Under the pieces are notes generated by a model. The model had not been told where the DNA came from, did no database searches, and saw only the letters and a list, made by a program, of their open reading frames with translations. A DNA stretch of 63,077 nt, the filler included, from Octopus bimaculoides (Eukaryota): the NCBI RefSeq assembly GCF_001194135.2. It is 6 parts of 6 records of this genome, joined end to end, with 100 filler letters (N's around TTAATTAATTAA, not from the genome) between each part and the next. Parts side by side here need not be neighbours in the genome. Positions count along the whole stretch, not along the records: positions 45,106 to 57,382 come from NC_068983.1; positions 57,483 to 59,737 come from NC_068981.1; positions 59,838 to 63,077 come from NW_026429234.1; 3 more parts are not named here. One strand, 5' to 3'. The translations under genes were made by a program, and so were the position numbers. Position 1 is the stretch's first letter; every line of letters starts with the position of its first letter. Below are positions 50,040-62,872 of this stretch, piece after piece.

Positions 50040-50047
50040 GCCTAGTA

Positions 50048-50113
50048 GATTACGTTAACCCGAGTACCTGGAGCAATCTGGAAAGAGTGAAAGACAAAGT
50101 TGACCTCGGCGAG
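50048..50113 (-). mobile_element. SINE family M fragment (runs into gap)
   Basis: GAAAGACAAAGTTGACCTCGGCG. Confidence 0.6.
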
Positions 50114-50479
50114 NNNNNNNNNNNNNNNNNNNNNNNNNNNNNNNNNNNNNNNNNNNNNNNNNNNNNNNNNNNNNNNNNNNNNNNNNNNNNNNNNNNNNNN
50201 NNNNNNNNNNNNNNNNNNNNNNNNNNNNNNNNNNNNNNNNNNNNNNNNNNNNNNNNNNNNNNNNNNNNNNNNNNNNNNNTATATATATATATATATATAT
50301 ATATATACCGGAGTAAGCACATAGATGTGAAAAAGAGTACTCAAATACCAGAGGTAGAGTAATATGCTGAATTTAAAAGCATCAGAAATATTACAAAAAC
50401 TGTTACTCAGAGTTTCAAGTATATACATAATATATGTATTATGTGCATGTATATATATGTGAGATAATAGTTTCAGTAT

Positions 50480-50712
50480 TAATAGCGAAACTATTAAAAC
50501 TGAAAGTATTATCTCATATCACAATACTGAAATAGTGTAAGAGATAAGAGATTGCTTCGGGCTCACATTAGGTAAGAAGTTGATAATCTTTTTGTCTCAT
50601 GACACTGCTTGGACCCTAAGTAAGGCATGTCTAATATTTGAATGAAATTGGTCAGGTAGTTCTCGAGTTTTAGTAATGCAGACATACCGACAAACACACA
50701 TTCTAAGGTATA
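50480..50712. mobile_element. Helitron/HINE-like non-autonomous fragment
   Basis: AATTTGAATGAAATTGGTCAGGTAGTTCTCGAGTT...CAGACATACCGACAAACACAC resembles Helitron/DINE-1-type subterminal motifs (recalled pattern). Confidence 0.35.
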
Positions 50713-51699
50713 TATATGTGTGTGGGAGAGAGAGAGAGAGAGCTATTGTTATCTAGAAGACCTAAAGAGTGGCAGGTAACGCTAAGTACGTGCTATGGGC
50801 AGAACGTAGTTAAACTCTTGGTTCGATATTGATACCATTGGAACTTACATACCATGTACAGGAAACTTTTTTGCCACTTCTATACACCACTTTCCTCGAA
50901 TAATGGAACTGCAACTACAATATCTTCATATAGTTTATATCTTATTTCTACTTTCATTCTCTTATTTCCCTCTATATTCCCTGTCTCCTCTTTTTCCATA
51001 ATAATTCCTTATTTCGAAATATTTACCTCAAGGTTACTTCTCTTAGAGTTGCCATTAACGATCTAGAAATGCACTTAGGTGTCTACCAGAAGGCGCCACT
51101 GAGCTGTTACCATAAATGAGAATTTGTTTTCTCCACGTTAAACTGCTGTGAAATTGCCTTCAGAAGTTAAAATATATTACAAATATCTTTGAACAAGCCT
51201 AAAGTTTTTACATACATACATACATGCATGCATACATACATACATACATGCATGCATGCATACATACATACATACATACATACATACATACATACATTTT
51301 TCTTTTACTTCTTGAGTAACTACTAATTAATTTCGAAGACTTGATCGTTTATATAATTAAATTACCACCTCTCTCACATTGTATCTTTTCATTCTAGATA
51401 TACTCTATATTTTTGCAGTTTTAAAACAGCTTAATTCTATACAAAGTATCATACCGTTTAACTAGAATACTGAGATCTTTGCACGTCACTTTTTACAAAA
51501 TACCCACGGGATTTATGAGATCAAATTTCAGTACATTCTTTTAAGTATTGAATGAAATTTCTAGTATCCCAAAGAATACAAAAATACACATTTAGAATTC
51601 ATGAGTAAAGAATAATGTATTGATAGCAGAAGATTAATGTCAACAGAATATGGGACTGCCAATTGTACAAATACACAATTACTTCGCTCATCAATGAAA

Positions 51700-52330
51700 C
51701 AATATTGTGTTTCACCTTCTTTAGACTTGGACAACTCGTAATTAAAACCCTCAGATGGTCACCCATTCTTGACCGTCACTGATTATCGCGTCTTCAAGTC
51801 CTAAAACGGGAACAAACTATGACAGGTTTCCAAAAGATTAGATTGCTTCTTCAGAACCATGAAAATCTTCAAGCCTGAACAGTCACCGATTCACTACAAA
51901 GCCCAACTGTGACCTGTTATGAAATATTGCTTCTCAATCTGTGACGGTGATGCTGTTGCACACGCGGACATCCTAGAATGAATCGAAAATAAAGTCATCC
52001 AACTAATTGGTAGCGACTCACTCATCAACAAACTTAAACTTGTGTCCCACAGATGCGTTGTTTTTTCACTATTCTATCACTACTACAACGACGTCTATAT
52101 TTCAGAGCTAGCTAACTGCATGATACGTCTACCCAAGTCTACCCAGACATGTCAATCTGGTCGTCTCTCGTCACCTATACTTTGCCTTTACTTCCAGCTC
52201 CACACCGGCGACTATACCCAATATTTCGTCCCTAGAATGTCAACCTTCTGGTATTTCCTTCTTATCTACATTTTGTTTTCTAAAAACGTCTTTTCAAGAG
52301 ATATTCAAACTGATGATTGATTATATCAAT
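51700..52330 (+). mobile_element. CR1-like LINE 3' fragment
   Basis: IHYKAQL*PVMKYCFSICDG...IENKVIQLIG...HRCVVFSLFYHYYN..SEL, matching the CR1 RT C-terminus. Confidence 0.8.
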
Positions 52331-52840
52331 CCCACCGGTCTCTAGTGGCCTATATTGCTCATCGACACAGAACTTTGTTCCGACTAAACTATAATAAAAT
52401 ATATTTTTAAAACAAAATACAGAAATAAATCAATATTTATGAACAGAAGATGGCAAATTCTGTCATAAATCTAGTTAAATAGGATAACCTTGTGATTTCT
52501 GTTACTATTTCGATGGGTATAAGAAATAGTTTTATCTAAGACCTGGCAGCAAACTTGATTTTGACAGAAGCAGCTAATCTACATGGTAGCTATATTAACT
52601 TGACCAAAGCTGAAGTCTAATTTTGGTAACCAAACATTCATGCCCTCCAGATTTTTCCCATTAAAAGCTTTTTGGCGTGAAATTCCATAATAAAACACCA
52701 AAGATTAGAAATATAGATATGAAATAAGTTCATGTTAGTATTTATTCATAGATGCGCATACTCTCACAACGCACATACACACATACACGCACGTATGCGT
52801 GTGAATGTTGTCTGTGTGTGTGTGGGTAGGTGAGAGTGTT

Positions 52841-52877
<37 letters not shown>

Positions 52878-53559
52878 TCTTGTATGTGCGTGTGTGTGTA
52901 TATGAATGTGTGCGTTGTATTTTTGCTGAGTAACAGTTAAACACAAATAACTGTCTCTTTCATCAAAATTCTTTTCTCTTCTTTCCGTTCAGTAACACAG
53001 TTCTCTTTTCATTCATTCATTTATTCTTTCTATCTTTCTTTCTTTCTTTCTTTCTTTCCTTCTTTTCGTTCTTCCATTCTTTCTTCCTTTCTTACTTTAT
53101 TCCTCCTTTTCTTTCTTTCAATGCCTATGAATAAAAAATTCCACAACAGAAATACTATTGACCGTGTCCTGAGATATGATTAATTTCGTGACATGAGAAT
53201 ATTACAATCAGCTTACCAAAATAAGTAAATACGGGAACAACGTAATTCGGAAACGGTATCCTCAGAAAGTCAACTTTGAACCTTTACTGTCCGTATCTCC
53301 ACATAATTATTAATTCATCTGAATTAATTGATATCGATGAAAAACTTTGTAATATCAATTATGCATACGTTCTTTTACGTACTCTTGGCTAATTTTATGT
53401 ATTTGATAACATCTCAACCTACATATAAAAATCTCACGCCAACATTAAACCCTCAACCAGCCAAGCTGACCAGGATGCTAAGTTGAGCAGCAACCAGTAG
53501 TAACAGAGTAGAGTATGCAATTAATCGCCAGGATTAATTGTAAGAAAGATAGAATACGC

Positions 53560-54200
53560 TATCTGCGTCACCCGAATTGATAAAATGGTCGTGTTACAGC
53601 TATAGTTGCCCAACTCATTTGGTTTTCACCTATGTTGATGAGAATTCTGATACCCAGAATCCAAAAGGAAGTTAGATGAGTGAAAGTTGAATTGCTGTCT
53701 ACAATCAATGCGTTCAACCATAGCAATGAACTGAGCAGGTGCAACATTTGCTTGCCTCATACTGAAACAATAGTAGTGACTCTACCACAATTATCAAATT
53801 TACAGTCAACAACTATGTTACCACAGATTTATTTACCACCAGCCCTAGTTAGTGATCCAGTCACGGTAGTCTTTGATTTAGATATTAATAAGGTAGTTAA
53901 AATTATAAACCTGTCTCTCAATGTTTGGTATTTGGATGACGACAATGTCGGTGGATCACCTACTATCGTTGTTGTTTGTTTGACCCAAGTCGTCCAAGCA
54001 CTATCCAAAGTTGATTCGGAAATAAATCCACAGAAGTCTTAACGGGCTCTCAATGCTTTTTCTTCTGTAGCTTCAATGGAAACGTGAATGTCTTGGGTGT
54101 GGTATTTCTCTAGATGTTTTTGACGGATGAAGCATTAGCATACTGTCGTTGAAGAAACTATTTTAATTGAGAATTACACACCACGAAGTTGACTGGTTAC
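53560..54200 (+). mobile_element. CRE-like non-LTR RT remnant
   Basis: VKVELLSTINAFN...LDINKVVKIINLSLNVWYLDDDNVGG...INPQKS; the NAFN and NVWYLDD motifs are typical of CRE-clade RT. Confidence 0.65.
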
Positions 54201-54237
54201 TATTGTGACGCCTAACAACAATTTATATACAAACACT

Positions 54238-54631
54238 TGTTGTTGTTGTTGTTGGCACTCCGTCGCTTACAACGTCGAGGGTTCCAGTCGATCCGATCAA
54301 CGGAACAGCCTGCTCGGGAAATTAACGTGCAAGTGGCTGAGCAATCCACAGACACGTATACCCTTAACGTAGTTCTCGGGGGTATTCAGCGTGACACAGT
54401 GTGACAAGGCTGGCCTTTTAATATACAGGTACAACAGAAACAGGAAGAAAGAGTGACAGAATGTTGTGGTGGATGAGTACAGCAGGGTTCGCCACCATCC
54501 CCTGCTGGAGCCTCGTGGAGCTTTAGGTGTTTTCGCTCAATAAACACTCACAACGCCCGGTCTGGGAATCGAAACCGCGATCCTATGACCGCGAGTCCGC
54601 TGCCCTAACCACTGGGCCATTGCGCCTCCTC
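54238..54631 (-). mobile_element. Full-length tRNA-derived SINE, head A + tail 1, with 11-bp TSD
   Basis: Minus head GGAGGCGCAATGGCCCAGTGGTTAGGGCAGCGGACTCGCGG...GGTTTCGATTCCC; (CAA)n tail; ATACAAACACT at 54227-54237 and 54632-54642. Confidence 0.95.
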
Positions 54632-54876
54632 ATACAAACACTACAGGACAGGAAAATCAGTTAATAACAATTTTTCTCCAAAAGTTTCCTTATAAAAGGG
54701 TTCTGAGCTGAAATAACAGTTACAACTATCATTGTTTGGCTTTAAAAGAAATATTAAAAACATTTATTTATATGAAAATATGAAAATTATACTTAATCTG
54801 TTTTAAACACACACACGTATACATATACATATATATGTATAGACATACAGACATACACGTATATATCTGTATAAAT

Positions 54877-54917
<41 letters not shown>

Positions 54918-55204
54918 GAGAGGGGGAAGAATAATGTCAGAAATTAATATCTATCTATCTATCTGTCTGTCTGTGTGCGTGTGTGTATTTTTAAGACCGT
55001 ATAGAACGGTTTGTGTGAAATGGTTTCCTTTAAGGAAAACTCCCCGTTTCTATGCACTCTATTAACCAGTGTTCGTAGGAGTGCTGACTGAGGGTAACCA
55101 TTCGGATTTCTGAATATCCTTTACTGTTTTAAACACACACATACATACACACATACATATACACGCACATACATATAGATATATAGACATACATGTATAT
55201 ATTT

Positions 55205-55440
55205 GTTATTTCATTATTGCCCACAAGGGGCTAAACATAGAGTGGACAAACAAGGACAGACAAAGGAATTAAGTCGATTACATCGACCCCAGTGCGTAAC
55301 TGGTACGTAATTTATCAACCCCGAAATGATGAAAAGCAAAGTCGACCTCGGCGGAATTTGAACTCAGAACATAACTGCAGACGAAATACTGCTAAGCATT
55401 TCGCCTGGCGTGCTAACGTTTCTACCAGCTCGCCGCCTAT
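55205..55440 (-). mobile_element. Full-length SINE family M
   Basis: Minus head GGCGGCGAGCTGGTAGAAACGTTAG...GAGTTCAAATTCCGCC; body GTCGACTTTGCTTTTCATCATTTCGGGGTTGATAAATT; tail GCCCCTTGTGGGCAATAATGAAAT. Confidence 0.92.
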
Positions 55441-55470
55441 TATATATTATATATTTGTATACATATACAT

Positions 55471-55472
<2 letters not shown>

Positions 55473-55562
<90 letters not shown>

Positions 55563-55625
55563 AGAGGGAGAGAGAGATAAAGAGAGAGAGATAAAGAGAG
55601 AGAGATAGAGAGAAAGAAAGAGATG
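55473..55625. repeat. (GA)n tract
   Basis: Direct. Confidence 0.97.
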
Positions 55626-56128
55626 GAGAGAAAGACAAAGGGAAGAATAATGCCAGAAATTAATTAATAAAAAGACATCCCCTTGTTTAGTGCATTTTTT
55701 AAAGTCTTCATCACGCGTTATCTGTCTCTCTTTTGAGAACCACTTCGGATTATCCACGGCTTCCTTTTCCTAACTGTCTCACACCACATTACACTTTTCG
55801 CAAGTTACTCTATACTGTGTCGAAACATTATTAGATTTGTTACAGTCAATCAGTTAACCAATATTGCTTCGATTGTTCATTCTGAGTTATTTAAACGTTC
55901 TCGACTCTAGAGCGACTGCTTTTTACATCGTCTTAACTTTATATCCACCATATTGGATGGAAGATATTAGGAAGAAATTAAGAGGGAATATAATATATTA
56001 ATGTATGGTTTTGCTTCAAATTATTGACAGACTGTATCGAGACAAGTTTCCACAAACACGTAAGCGGATATATATTTATGGTCTAACAAGCAAATTACTG
56101 ACTTAAGTATATTTGCTTTTATCTGTGA

Positions 56129-56209
<81 letters not shown>

Positions 56210-56519
56210 CGCGTGCGTGCACACTCACGTGATTCGTTTTGACTAAGTTCCGCCTGAAGACCTATTCAACCAGACTGGTTAATTAAACCGTCGAACGGAA
56301 GTTAAAGTCTCCACTCAAGACAAATTTTATATGTTTTACTTGACTTTTTACACTGAATCACTCCATCAGTAAATATTCTCGTTACTGTTAAATTTGCTTT
56401 ATATATATATATGTGTGTGTGTGTGTTTTCTGTGTCTTCTTAATTTGAAGCAAATTTTGACTGGCCACCTACTTGGTATCAAGGTTGTAAAGGGAAGCAT
56501 CTTGTATTAACCATCATCC

Positions 56520-56900
56520 TTTAAATCTTTAGACGGTCTTGCAGGTTTTTATAGTCTCAGATATCGTGCTCGTTTGTAGTGTATGAATTAAGAACTTGTG
56601 TTCCCTCATCAAGATCCTAAATTCAGCCATACACACGGGTTGGTATGTATACTGTTGCTCCAATAATAATAGGTAGGTAGCTGATAGTGTATCTTGAGTA
56701 CTGGATTTGCAAACTCCTTATCAATGGTCCATAGATGTCTTTGTTCTCTTGTATTTTTCGAACTACATTGGCCTCCAGAGGGCAGCCGATTTCCACAACA
56801 TACAGTTGTTGAGAGTAAAAGAAACTATCTTAAGAAATACACACCACATGTTAATAACAGATCAGAACTGCACACAGTTGATTGGTTACTATAGTAATGC
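56520..56900 (-). mobile_element. RLE-type non-LTR retrotransposon 3' fragment
   Basis: QLYVVEIGCPLEANVVRKIQENKDIYGPLIRSLQIQYSRYTISYLPIIIGATVYIP...TIKTCKTV; same subfamily as 1255-1680. Confidence 0.8.
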
Positions 56901-57084
56901 ATAATAACCCTTCATATAAACAAACACAACAGGACAGAGAAGAACCTTTTCCAAAGGTTTCATGATAATGAGGCTCCAACCTGAGATGCTGAAGATACCG
57001 GTTAAGATTGTCAACTTGTATTATTTTTATAAGATGCATTGTTTTGGTTTTAAAAAGAAATATCAAAAACAATTTTTTTTAAAA

Positions 57085-57200
57085 CTAGGGGCGATCTGGA
57101 AAGGGCGAAAGACAAGGTTGACCTCGGCGGAATTTGAACTTAGAACATAAGGCGGGAAGATATGCTGCTAAGCATTTTTTCCGGTCCACTAACGAGTCAA
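57085..57200 (-). mobile_element. SINE family M fragment
   Basis: GAAAGACAAGGTTGACCTCGGCGGAATTTGAACTTAGAAC...GCTAAGCATTTT. Confidence 0.75.
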
Positions 57201-57426
57201 CTAAATTCTATATGCTTTAGTAATAAATTCTTTCGCTATAACATAATAGATTTAGCGGGTTCGTGTACGGCACACCATTGGCTTCAACTCAAACTTCAAA
57301 AAATTTATCTTTCATGGCAATAACCTATTAATATCGATGTTAATAATAATAATAATAATATATATATATATATATATATATANNNNNNNNNNNNNNNNNN
57401 NNNNNNNNNNNNNNNNNNNNNNNNNN

Positions 57427-57438
57427 TTAATTAATTAA
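57427..57438. other. Artificial scaffold linker
   Basis: TTAATTAATTAA within a 100-bp N gap. Confidence 0.97.
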
Positions 57439-57482
57439 NNNNNNNNNNNNNNNNNNNNNNNNNNNNNNNNNNNNNNNNNNNN

Positions 57483-57762
57483 CGGTCGTAGGATCGCGGT
57501 TTTGATTCCCAAACCGGGCGTTGTGTGTGTTTATTGAGTGAAAATATCTAAAGCTCCACGATCTTCCGGCAGGGGGTGGTGGTGACCCCTGTTGTACTCT
57601 TTCACCCCAACTTTCTCCCACTCTTTCTTCCTGTTTCTTGAGTAAAGCTGCGATGGACTGGCGTCCCGTCCAGCTGGGGGGAAACACATGCACCATAGAA
57701 ACCGGGAAACCGGGCCCATGATCCTGGCTAGGCTTTAAAAGGGCGCATAAAAAAATAAAAAA
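57483..57762 (+). mobile_element. tRNA-derived SINE, head A + tail 2
   Basis: 5' part matches 33912/54631; after CCTGTTTCT it switches to TGAGTAA.GCTGCGATGGACTGGCGTCCCGTCCAG...GGCTTTAAAAGGGCGC as in 7206-7474. Confidence 0.9.
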
Positions 57763-58180
57763 TACTGCGAGCTATACACACACACACACACATATATATA
57801 CCTCTCGATTTCTTTTTTCTCTTCTATTTATTCTATATCCTTTCAAAATTTCTCCCAGGTATTACCCATACAATTCGTCTTGGGCCAATGGCCCTAAATG
57901 TCCGTCTTCCTCAATCATTTCCGTACGTCTCCACTGGTATCGTTTGTTCGTCTGAAGCCCTATCTCTCTACAAATCTTATAGTTTTAAAATTTCTGGATG
58001 CTGCTGTCGTATGAAGTTTTCCTGTCTTCTCGTGAAAAGCACAAAACAGGTAATAATTAACAGTCGACAACTGAGGAGGAGTTAAACTTCTTTTGGTATT
58101 TTGTCCCGTACTTGTCTCTCGTTGTGTGTTTACATACTTTTCGCTCGTTGGTGATGTCCTGTACTTAATGTGCACTCTTT

Positions 58181-58350
58181 TCATTGCTTGAGGCGGTGAA
58201 TATTGTATGCGAACGTAGCAGTGTGTGTTCGCCAGTGCAACGGTATTTTGTTACTTACTCCACCTTTAAAAAGATGATAGCCCGTGAGCAAGCTTGTTAG
58301 TGGATGTGCTGTGTCTAATAATACACTATGTATGAGAGGCGATGGAAAAT
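58181..58350 (-). mobile_element. Possible L2/Rex1-like RT C-terminal remnant
   Basis: VLLDTAHPLTSLL...RTHTATFAYNIHRLKQ resembles ILSDPSHPLH...RT.R...SF.P.AIRLLN; weak. Confidence 0.3.
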
Positions 58351-59781
58351 TTACGCTTTTTTCTCTCTTATTCATATCCGAATTCACTATTTAAAAATTA
58401 TTTAATGGAAGGTTATTTAGGAACAGGTTTCAAACTCCTCATTAACGCTAAAAGGTAAAGAGTGTAAAATGAGGACACGATGAATTTTTCAGTGGCTGCC
58501 AGGTCATTCTCTGAAGAGGGACATAACAAATTTGGACTGGCGAACTAGAGTAAACAGATATTTGAAAATATCTCATCAACGAAGTATTTGCGTTTCTATA
58601 TTTTTTGATAAATGACAAAAGGTGTCAGATACATTAAACCTGCTTAATGAATCTGCAATCAAGCTTAATAAGGAAGTTCATGCTTCGCGAGATTGCAGAA
58701 ATTTAAACAAAATGTTAAATGAAAATCCGACGTAACAATTTAGAGCGCAAATATAAAAAACATCAAGAAATATGTAATTCAGTCATTATTGTCTCGAACA
58801 GATAAAGTTAGAGAATACATTTTCTATTTCTCGATGATTCTGGATTTGTGTTCTACAGTTTTCGTAAATAAGTTTTTCGAAATATTTGTTTACCCAATTT
58901 CAACAGTCCAAAATTGATATTTTCTTCTCGGGTTCACCAGACGGCACCAAAGACAACGTCGTACTTTATTTTGTACCGCGAAACAGGTATAATCACACCC
59001 GTTCGCATAATCTTCCAATAAATATATTTTAAGTAGTGAGTTTAGAGAGAATCAAACACAGGAAGTAATATGTCTCTCGCTGCTCATACATTTATGTATA
59101 TATACTCATTATAAGGTAAGCTGTTGAGACTTCAGCTTCGTATAACGCTAGCATAGTACAGGCATTGTTTACAGAAATCATTTTACCTCTAATTAATAAC
59201 CAAGTACATTAACAATACTAATATATAAAAAGCCGCAGAAAAAACACCGATAAAGGATTTGAATGCGACATCCAGCTGTCCAATACTTTATCCCCAAAAT
59301 TATATGATTTACCCCGAGCAAAAGTATAATACATAAGAAATAACAAAGGTGGAATATTTGTGCTTATATTATATTTTATTCATTGAATGCAATTATATAT
59401 TACAATTATAATTTATACACAGTATAAACTGGTTAGTTCTTGCTTCCTATATTTATGAAATATATAGAGCAAGATTATATTAAACTTAATGTTATTGGGA
59501 AATAAATTCTTATAAAATACAAAAGTCTTAATTACAAAAATGTTATTATAAAAATATACGAAATTATATACAAATTATAAAACTAATTGTATATTACATA
59601 TTGAAAGGAATATAAATATCCAATAGGGAACAATACATGCATATAAATATTTCTTTAATTAGTTTAAATTTATTCTGTATATACAGCTATTTTAAACATG
59701 TGTTGCTTGCCGTGTGCATATGTGTGCAAATATATATNNNNNNNNNNNNNNNNNNNNNNNNNNNNNNNNNNNNNNNNNNNN

Positions 59782-59793
59782 TTAATTAATTAA
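59782..59793. other. Artificial scaffold linker
   Basis: TTAATTAATTAA within a 100-bp N gap. Confidence 0.97.
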
Positions 59794-59837
59794 NNNNNNN
59801 NNNNNNNNNNNNNNNNNNNNNNNNNNNNNNNNNNNNN

Positions 59838-61843
59838 GTAGTGGTCCCAAAACAGTGCCTTGCGGAACACCGCTCACTATTTGCGTGGCATTAGAGGTGG
59901 CCCCATTGACTACTACCACCTGACTTCTATCCTTCAGAAAGTCATGAAGCCATTCTCCCAATTTTCCAACTATGCCGAGATCATGCAGTTTGTGACATAT
60001 CATTCCATGATCGACTTTATCAAAGACCTTTGCAAAGTCAAGACATATCACTTCGACATTTAAGTAGTTAAGTAGCTGTTTCAGCACCCAGTCATAGTGT
60101 TGTAAGATCTGAGTCAGGCAGCTTCTTCCTGGTCGGAAACCATGTTGGGTGTCAGGCAGCAAGTCATTTTCTTCAAGGAAGGCAATTAGTTTTCTTCTGA
60201 CTATTCGTTCCATGACCTTGCTGATGTGCGAGGTCAGAGAGATAGGTCTGTAGTTCTTGGCCTCGCTCTGCTACCTCCTTTATGAATAGGGCATATTTTA
60301 TCCTCCTTCAGTTTTTCTTGGGAGTTTGCCAGATGCAAGGAAGCTCTGAAAGAGGGACTGCAGGACACGTTTACATATTTTTAGAAAGATTGCTGGGAAT
60401 CCATCACAGCCAGTAGCTGAGTTTGGGTTCAATTCATCTATAGCCCTTATTACATCGTCTTCCTTTATATCGATGTAATCGATCATCATTGCCTCTGTTT
60501 TTTTATCTGCAGTGGTAAAAAAAAGTCAGTTGGATTGCTGACTTGAAAGTGCCCAAGGGGTGGAGTGAAAACACTTTTGAATTGCTCATTTAGTATTTCA
60601 CTTATCCTCCTTGGGTTTCCTGTTAGTGCACCATCTTTTTCAAGGAGTGAGCCTATCCTGCACTGCACTGAAGCTGTTTTTTTGTAGAAAGCTCTAGGGT
60701 TAGATTTTATATTGTCTATAGCCCAGGATTCTTTGTCTGCTCTTTCTTTTTCGTAGGAGAGTTGCAGATTTTTTTCAATCTCCAGCAGTTGTATTTTCAT
60801 GCAGAACTTTTCACTGCTTTCAATTTGTTTGTTTAGGTGATTTGAAACTTTTGTACGCCGTCTCAAGAATTTTCCACTCCCTGGGGATTTTGTTCTTGTG
60901 TACAGTGACCTTTCTCTCCGGGACACATTTGTAGCATATGGCTTGCATTACAGACATGAATTGTTTAAGTTTCATGTCGATATCTGGTGAGGAGAGACAT
61001 TTAGGCCAGTTTTGTTTGAGGATCTCTTTCTCAATTTGTTTCCAGTTTGCCTTATGGAAGTTCAAATTGGAAAGATTCTGAGAGTTTCTTGTAGGTTGCA
61101 TGTCCATGGTTTCCTTTGGTCTGTACATGGTCAGCTCTGCCATGTTGTGATCCGAGAGTAGCGTCGGTGTCACTTTCACATTATGGATGAAATCCATATT
61201 ATTTGTGAAGCAAAGATCCAGTATGTTACCTACCCTGGTTGGTTGGAGTACTATTTATTCCATGTACAAAGAGTTTGGCGAGGTTCAGGAGGGAATTCCC
61301 CTGTCCTTGTTCGTATCACATCATTCCTGGGAGAGAAAGGCCCTCGGGCCATCTGACATTGGGCAGATTGAAGTCTCCCATAAGAAGTACACTTATGTGT
61401 TGTTCTAATGTGACAAGAACTTCTTCTATTTTTGTAAGGCAGTCTTCAAACTTGCCTACATGATTTGGATCATCTAGAGGGCGATATGTAACACATATAG
61501 CTACATTGAGTTGTCTTATATGTACAATTAGTGTGTCACATACTGAATTTGAGTATGACAAAAGGACCTGGGGTGTGAGGTCTTCACGGATATACATAGC
61601 AACTCCACCATGACTCCTTTCTTTCCTGTCGGTCCGTAATACAACATACTGTGGTATGAGTATTTCTGCATTTCCTATATCTGGTTTCAGGTGTGTTTCC
61701 GTAAGCGCTATGCATAAGGCTTGATTGCAAGCAACAAGGTCTCTCAAGAAAGGGATTTTTGTCCTGTTACTAAGTGATAACAGTCCTCTGATGTTCAGTA
61801 AGAGCACCGATGTGATGTGTGAGTTGTTGCCAGTGGTGCCCAC
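59838..61843 (-). pseudogene. LINE ORF2 (APE endonuclease + RT), frameshifted
   Basis: LLLNIRG...ALTETHL...RTDRKERSHGGVAMYI...MGDFNLP...SDHN; RT QHGFRPGRSCLTQ...LDFAKVFDKVDH...SGVPQGTVLGPL. Confidence 0.93.
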
Positions 61844-62687
61844 CTGGGTCTATTTGCTGTGGTGGTCTTGTGTATTGGAGATAGTCCCATCTGTGAGATT
61901 GTAGCCAGGTCAGCTGCTGTACCATCTTTTGTGCCATGCACAAAAAAGATTGTTGTTCAGCAGCTGCCCTTTCAACATGTTGATAGGTCTGGTTTGTATC
62001 ACGCACTATATCTGCGTACCTCCATTTTGGGGCAGGTGGTGCATAGTCCTTTACTTTTGGCAGGTGGTTTCTGCCCTGTTTCATGTTTATGTGGTGGGGT
62101 CTTTGGTGTGCAAAACGGCAGCCTGTACCCTCCTATCCATGCCAGCAGACACCTTTCAAGTAGAATATGTATATTCGTGTGTGCTGTCTCTTTCTATCCT
62201 TTTTGTTATATGTGTCGTCAGGTTTGCTTCTTTCTTTGACTGTTTCATCTTTTGTTTTTGTTTTAGTTTTTCCTGCTTTTAATTGTTCTTTCTTGGCTCT
62301 TTCACCTCCATGGTTTTTCGTTTTGATGGCGGTAGGGGCACTTTCACTTGGGTTTACTTTCCGGGCAGGTTTCTCGCTTGAATCTTCTTTGTTTTCTTCA
62401 GTGTCTACCAAGTGGGGGTGACATCTTTCATCTGCATCCGTGCCTCCATCCTTGTCATCTTTGCTGTGTTCATTATCAAAGACGGCATCAAGAGTGCTGA
62501 TATGGGATCGTATGAGAGCATAGGAACGTGTAAACTCCTGCTTCTTTCGTTCTATTTGCGCTAATGTTCTGGTGTAACCATTGCTCTTCAGCGCAGCAGT
62601 GATTATGTTGTTTGGGTTTTCTCCTTCAACACAGCGCCAGGCTCTCAAAAACAATGCCAATTCCATGCTCTTCCAGATTCTGGACAT
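61770..62687 (-). pseudogene. LINE ORF1 (306 codons, one in-frame TAG at 62133-62135): Myb/SANT-like N-terminus, charged linker, CCCH-like knuckle
   Basis: 62687-62133 and 62084-61770 are in the same frame; IWKSMELALFLRAW...ITAALKSNGYTRTLAQIERK...FTRSY; (Y)IFYLKGVCWHG*EGTGCRFAH. Confidence 0.8.
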
Positions 62688-62778
62688 TTTTGTGGTTAAT
62701 TTATTAATTTATCTATCTATTTATTTTTTTAAATTTTAACAGTGTGATCGAGGGTAATGAAGAAATAGAGAAAGAAAG

Positions 62779-62817
62779 TGTCTATATTTTGAGAGATTGA
62801 GTGGCTGAGAAAAGAGA

Positions 62818-62872
<55 letters not shown>

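Larger units (their letters stand above)
59838..62720 (-). mobile_element. Near-full-length CR1/L2-group LINE (3' end lost in gap)
   Basis: ORF1 61770-62687 followed by overlapping ORF2 with APE and RT domains; low divergence, few disablements. Confidence 0.95.

Noticed and set aside
51819-51857. CTGAAGA...GAAAC.CT.GTC on the minus strand
   Set aside because: Stems I and II do not pair, and it lies antisense within CR1 coding sequence; chance match.
54560-54631. tRNA-like sequences as true tRNA genes (also 7400-7474, 25600-25692, 55340-55440)
   Set aside because: They continue into SINE bodies with tails or TSDs and lack a complete acceptor stem.
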